Shown: piece by piece, positions 19,779 to 20,000 of the stretch
Position numbering within the stretch: position 1 is the first letter of the stretch
Layout of the letters: every line of letters starts with the position of its first letter
Source of the DNA: Protoeuglena noctilucae
Lineage: Eukaryota
Assembly (NCBI GenBank): GCA_958009085.1
Contig: OY253684.1
Coordinates: 921,011 to 941,010, forward strand
Direction of reading: 5' to 3'
DNA length: 20,000 nucleotides
Notes under the pieces: model-generated
What the model saw: only the letters and a program-made list of their open reading frames with translations
Told to the model about the DNA's origin: nothing
Database searches by the model: none
Program-made: the position numbers and the translations under genes

Positions 19779-20000
19779 AGGGTAGGGTTAGGGTTAGGCA
19801 GGTTTAGGCGTAAGGTTAGGGTTTAGGTTAAGGGTAGTTTTCTAGGGTTAGGTAGGTTTCAGGGTTAGGGTTAGGTAGGTTTTTGGTTAGGGTTAGGGTT
19901 AGGGTAGGGTTAGGGTTAGGGTTAGGGTTAGGGTTAGGGTTAGGGTTAGGGTTAGGGTTAGGGTTAGGGTTAGGGTTAGGGTTAGGGTTAGGGTAGGGTT
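19779..20000 (+). repeat. Telomere: degenerate TTAGGG variants (~19779-19885) grading into a near-perfect (TTAGGG)n array
   Basis: The G-rich strand runs 5'->3' to the window end, as expected for a right chromosome end. Proximal variants include TAGGG, TTTAGG, TTAAGGG and TTCAGGG. Confidence 0.97.

Overview
Right-hand end of a chromosome from a very GC-rich, compact, intron-containing eukaryote. It is inferred to be a flagellated alga with a primary plastid, most likely a green alga: it has axonemal genes and a nuclear IspD with a transit-peptide-like N-terminus and no signal peptide. Splicing the genes by hand gives, left to right: (1) the 3' part of a degenerate class III nucleotide cyclase gene (+); (2) a PF6/SPAG17-like central-pair gene (-, ~1940 aa) with two apparent +1 frameshifts in G homopolymers; (3) CYB5D1 (+); (4) IspD/CMS (-); (5) an ARMH1-like armadillo gene (+, ~1410 aa) with an ~880 aa low-complexity insertion; (6) a ~1.7 kb subtelomere with tRNA-Arg(ACG), a perfect 19-bp hairpin and an orphan tRNA-like T-arm; (7) a degenerate then near-perfect (TTAGGG)n telomere. 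Most long ORFs in the six-frame track are GC-rich shadows or unspliced fragments. Protein identities rest on motifs recalled from memory, not on searches. I see no clear-cut novel system. The best leads are the high GC-AG intron fraction (3 of ~25), the pseudo-cyclase, the ciliary gene cluster, the ARMH1 insertion and the telomere-proximal Pol III module.
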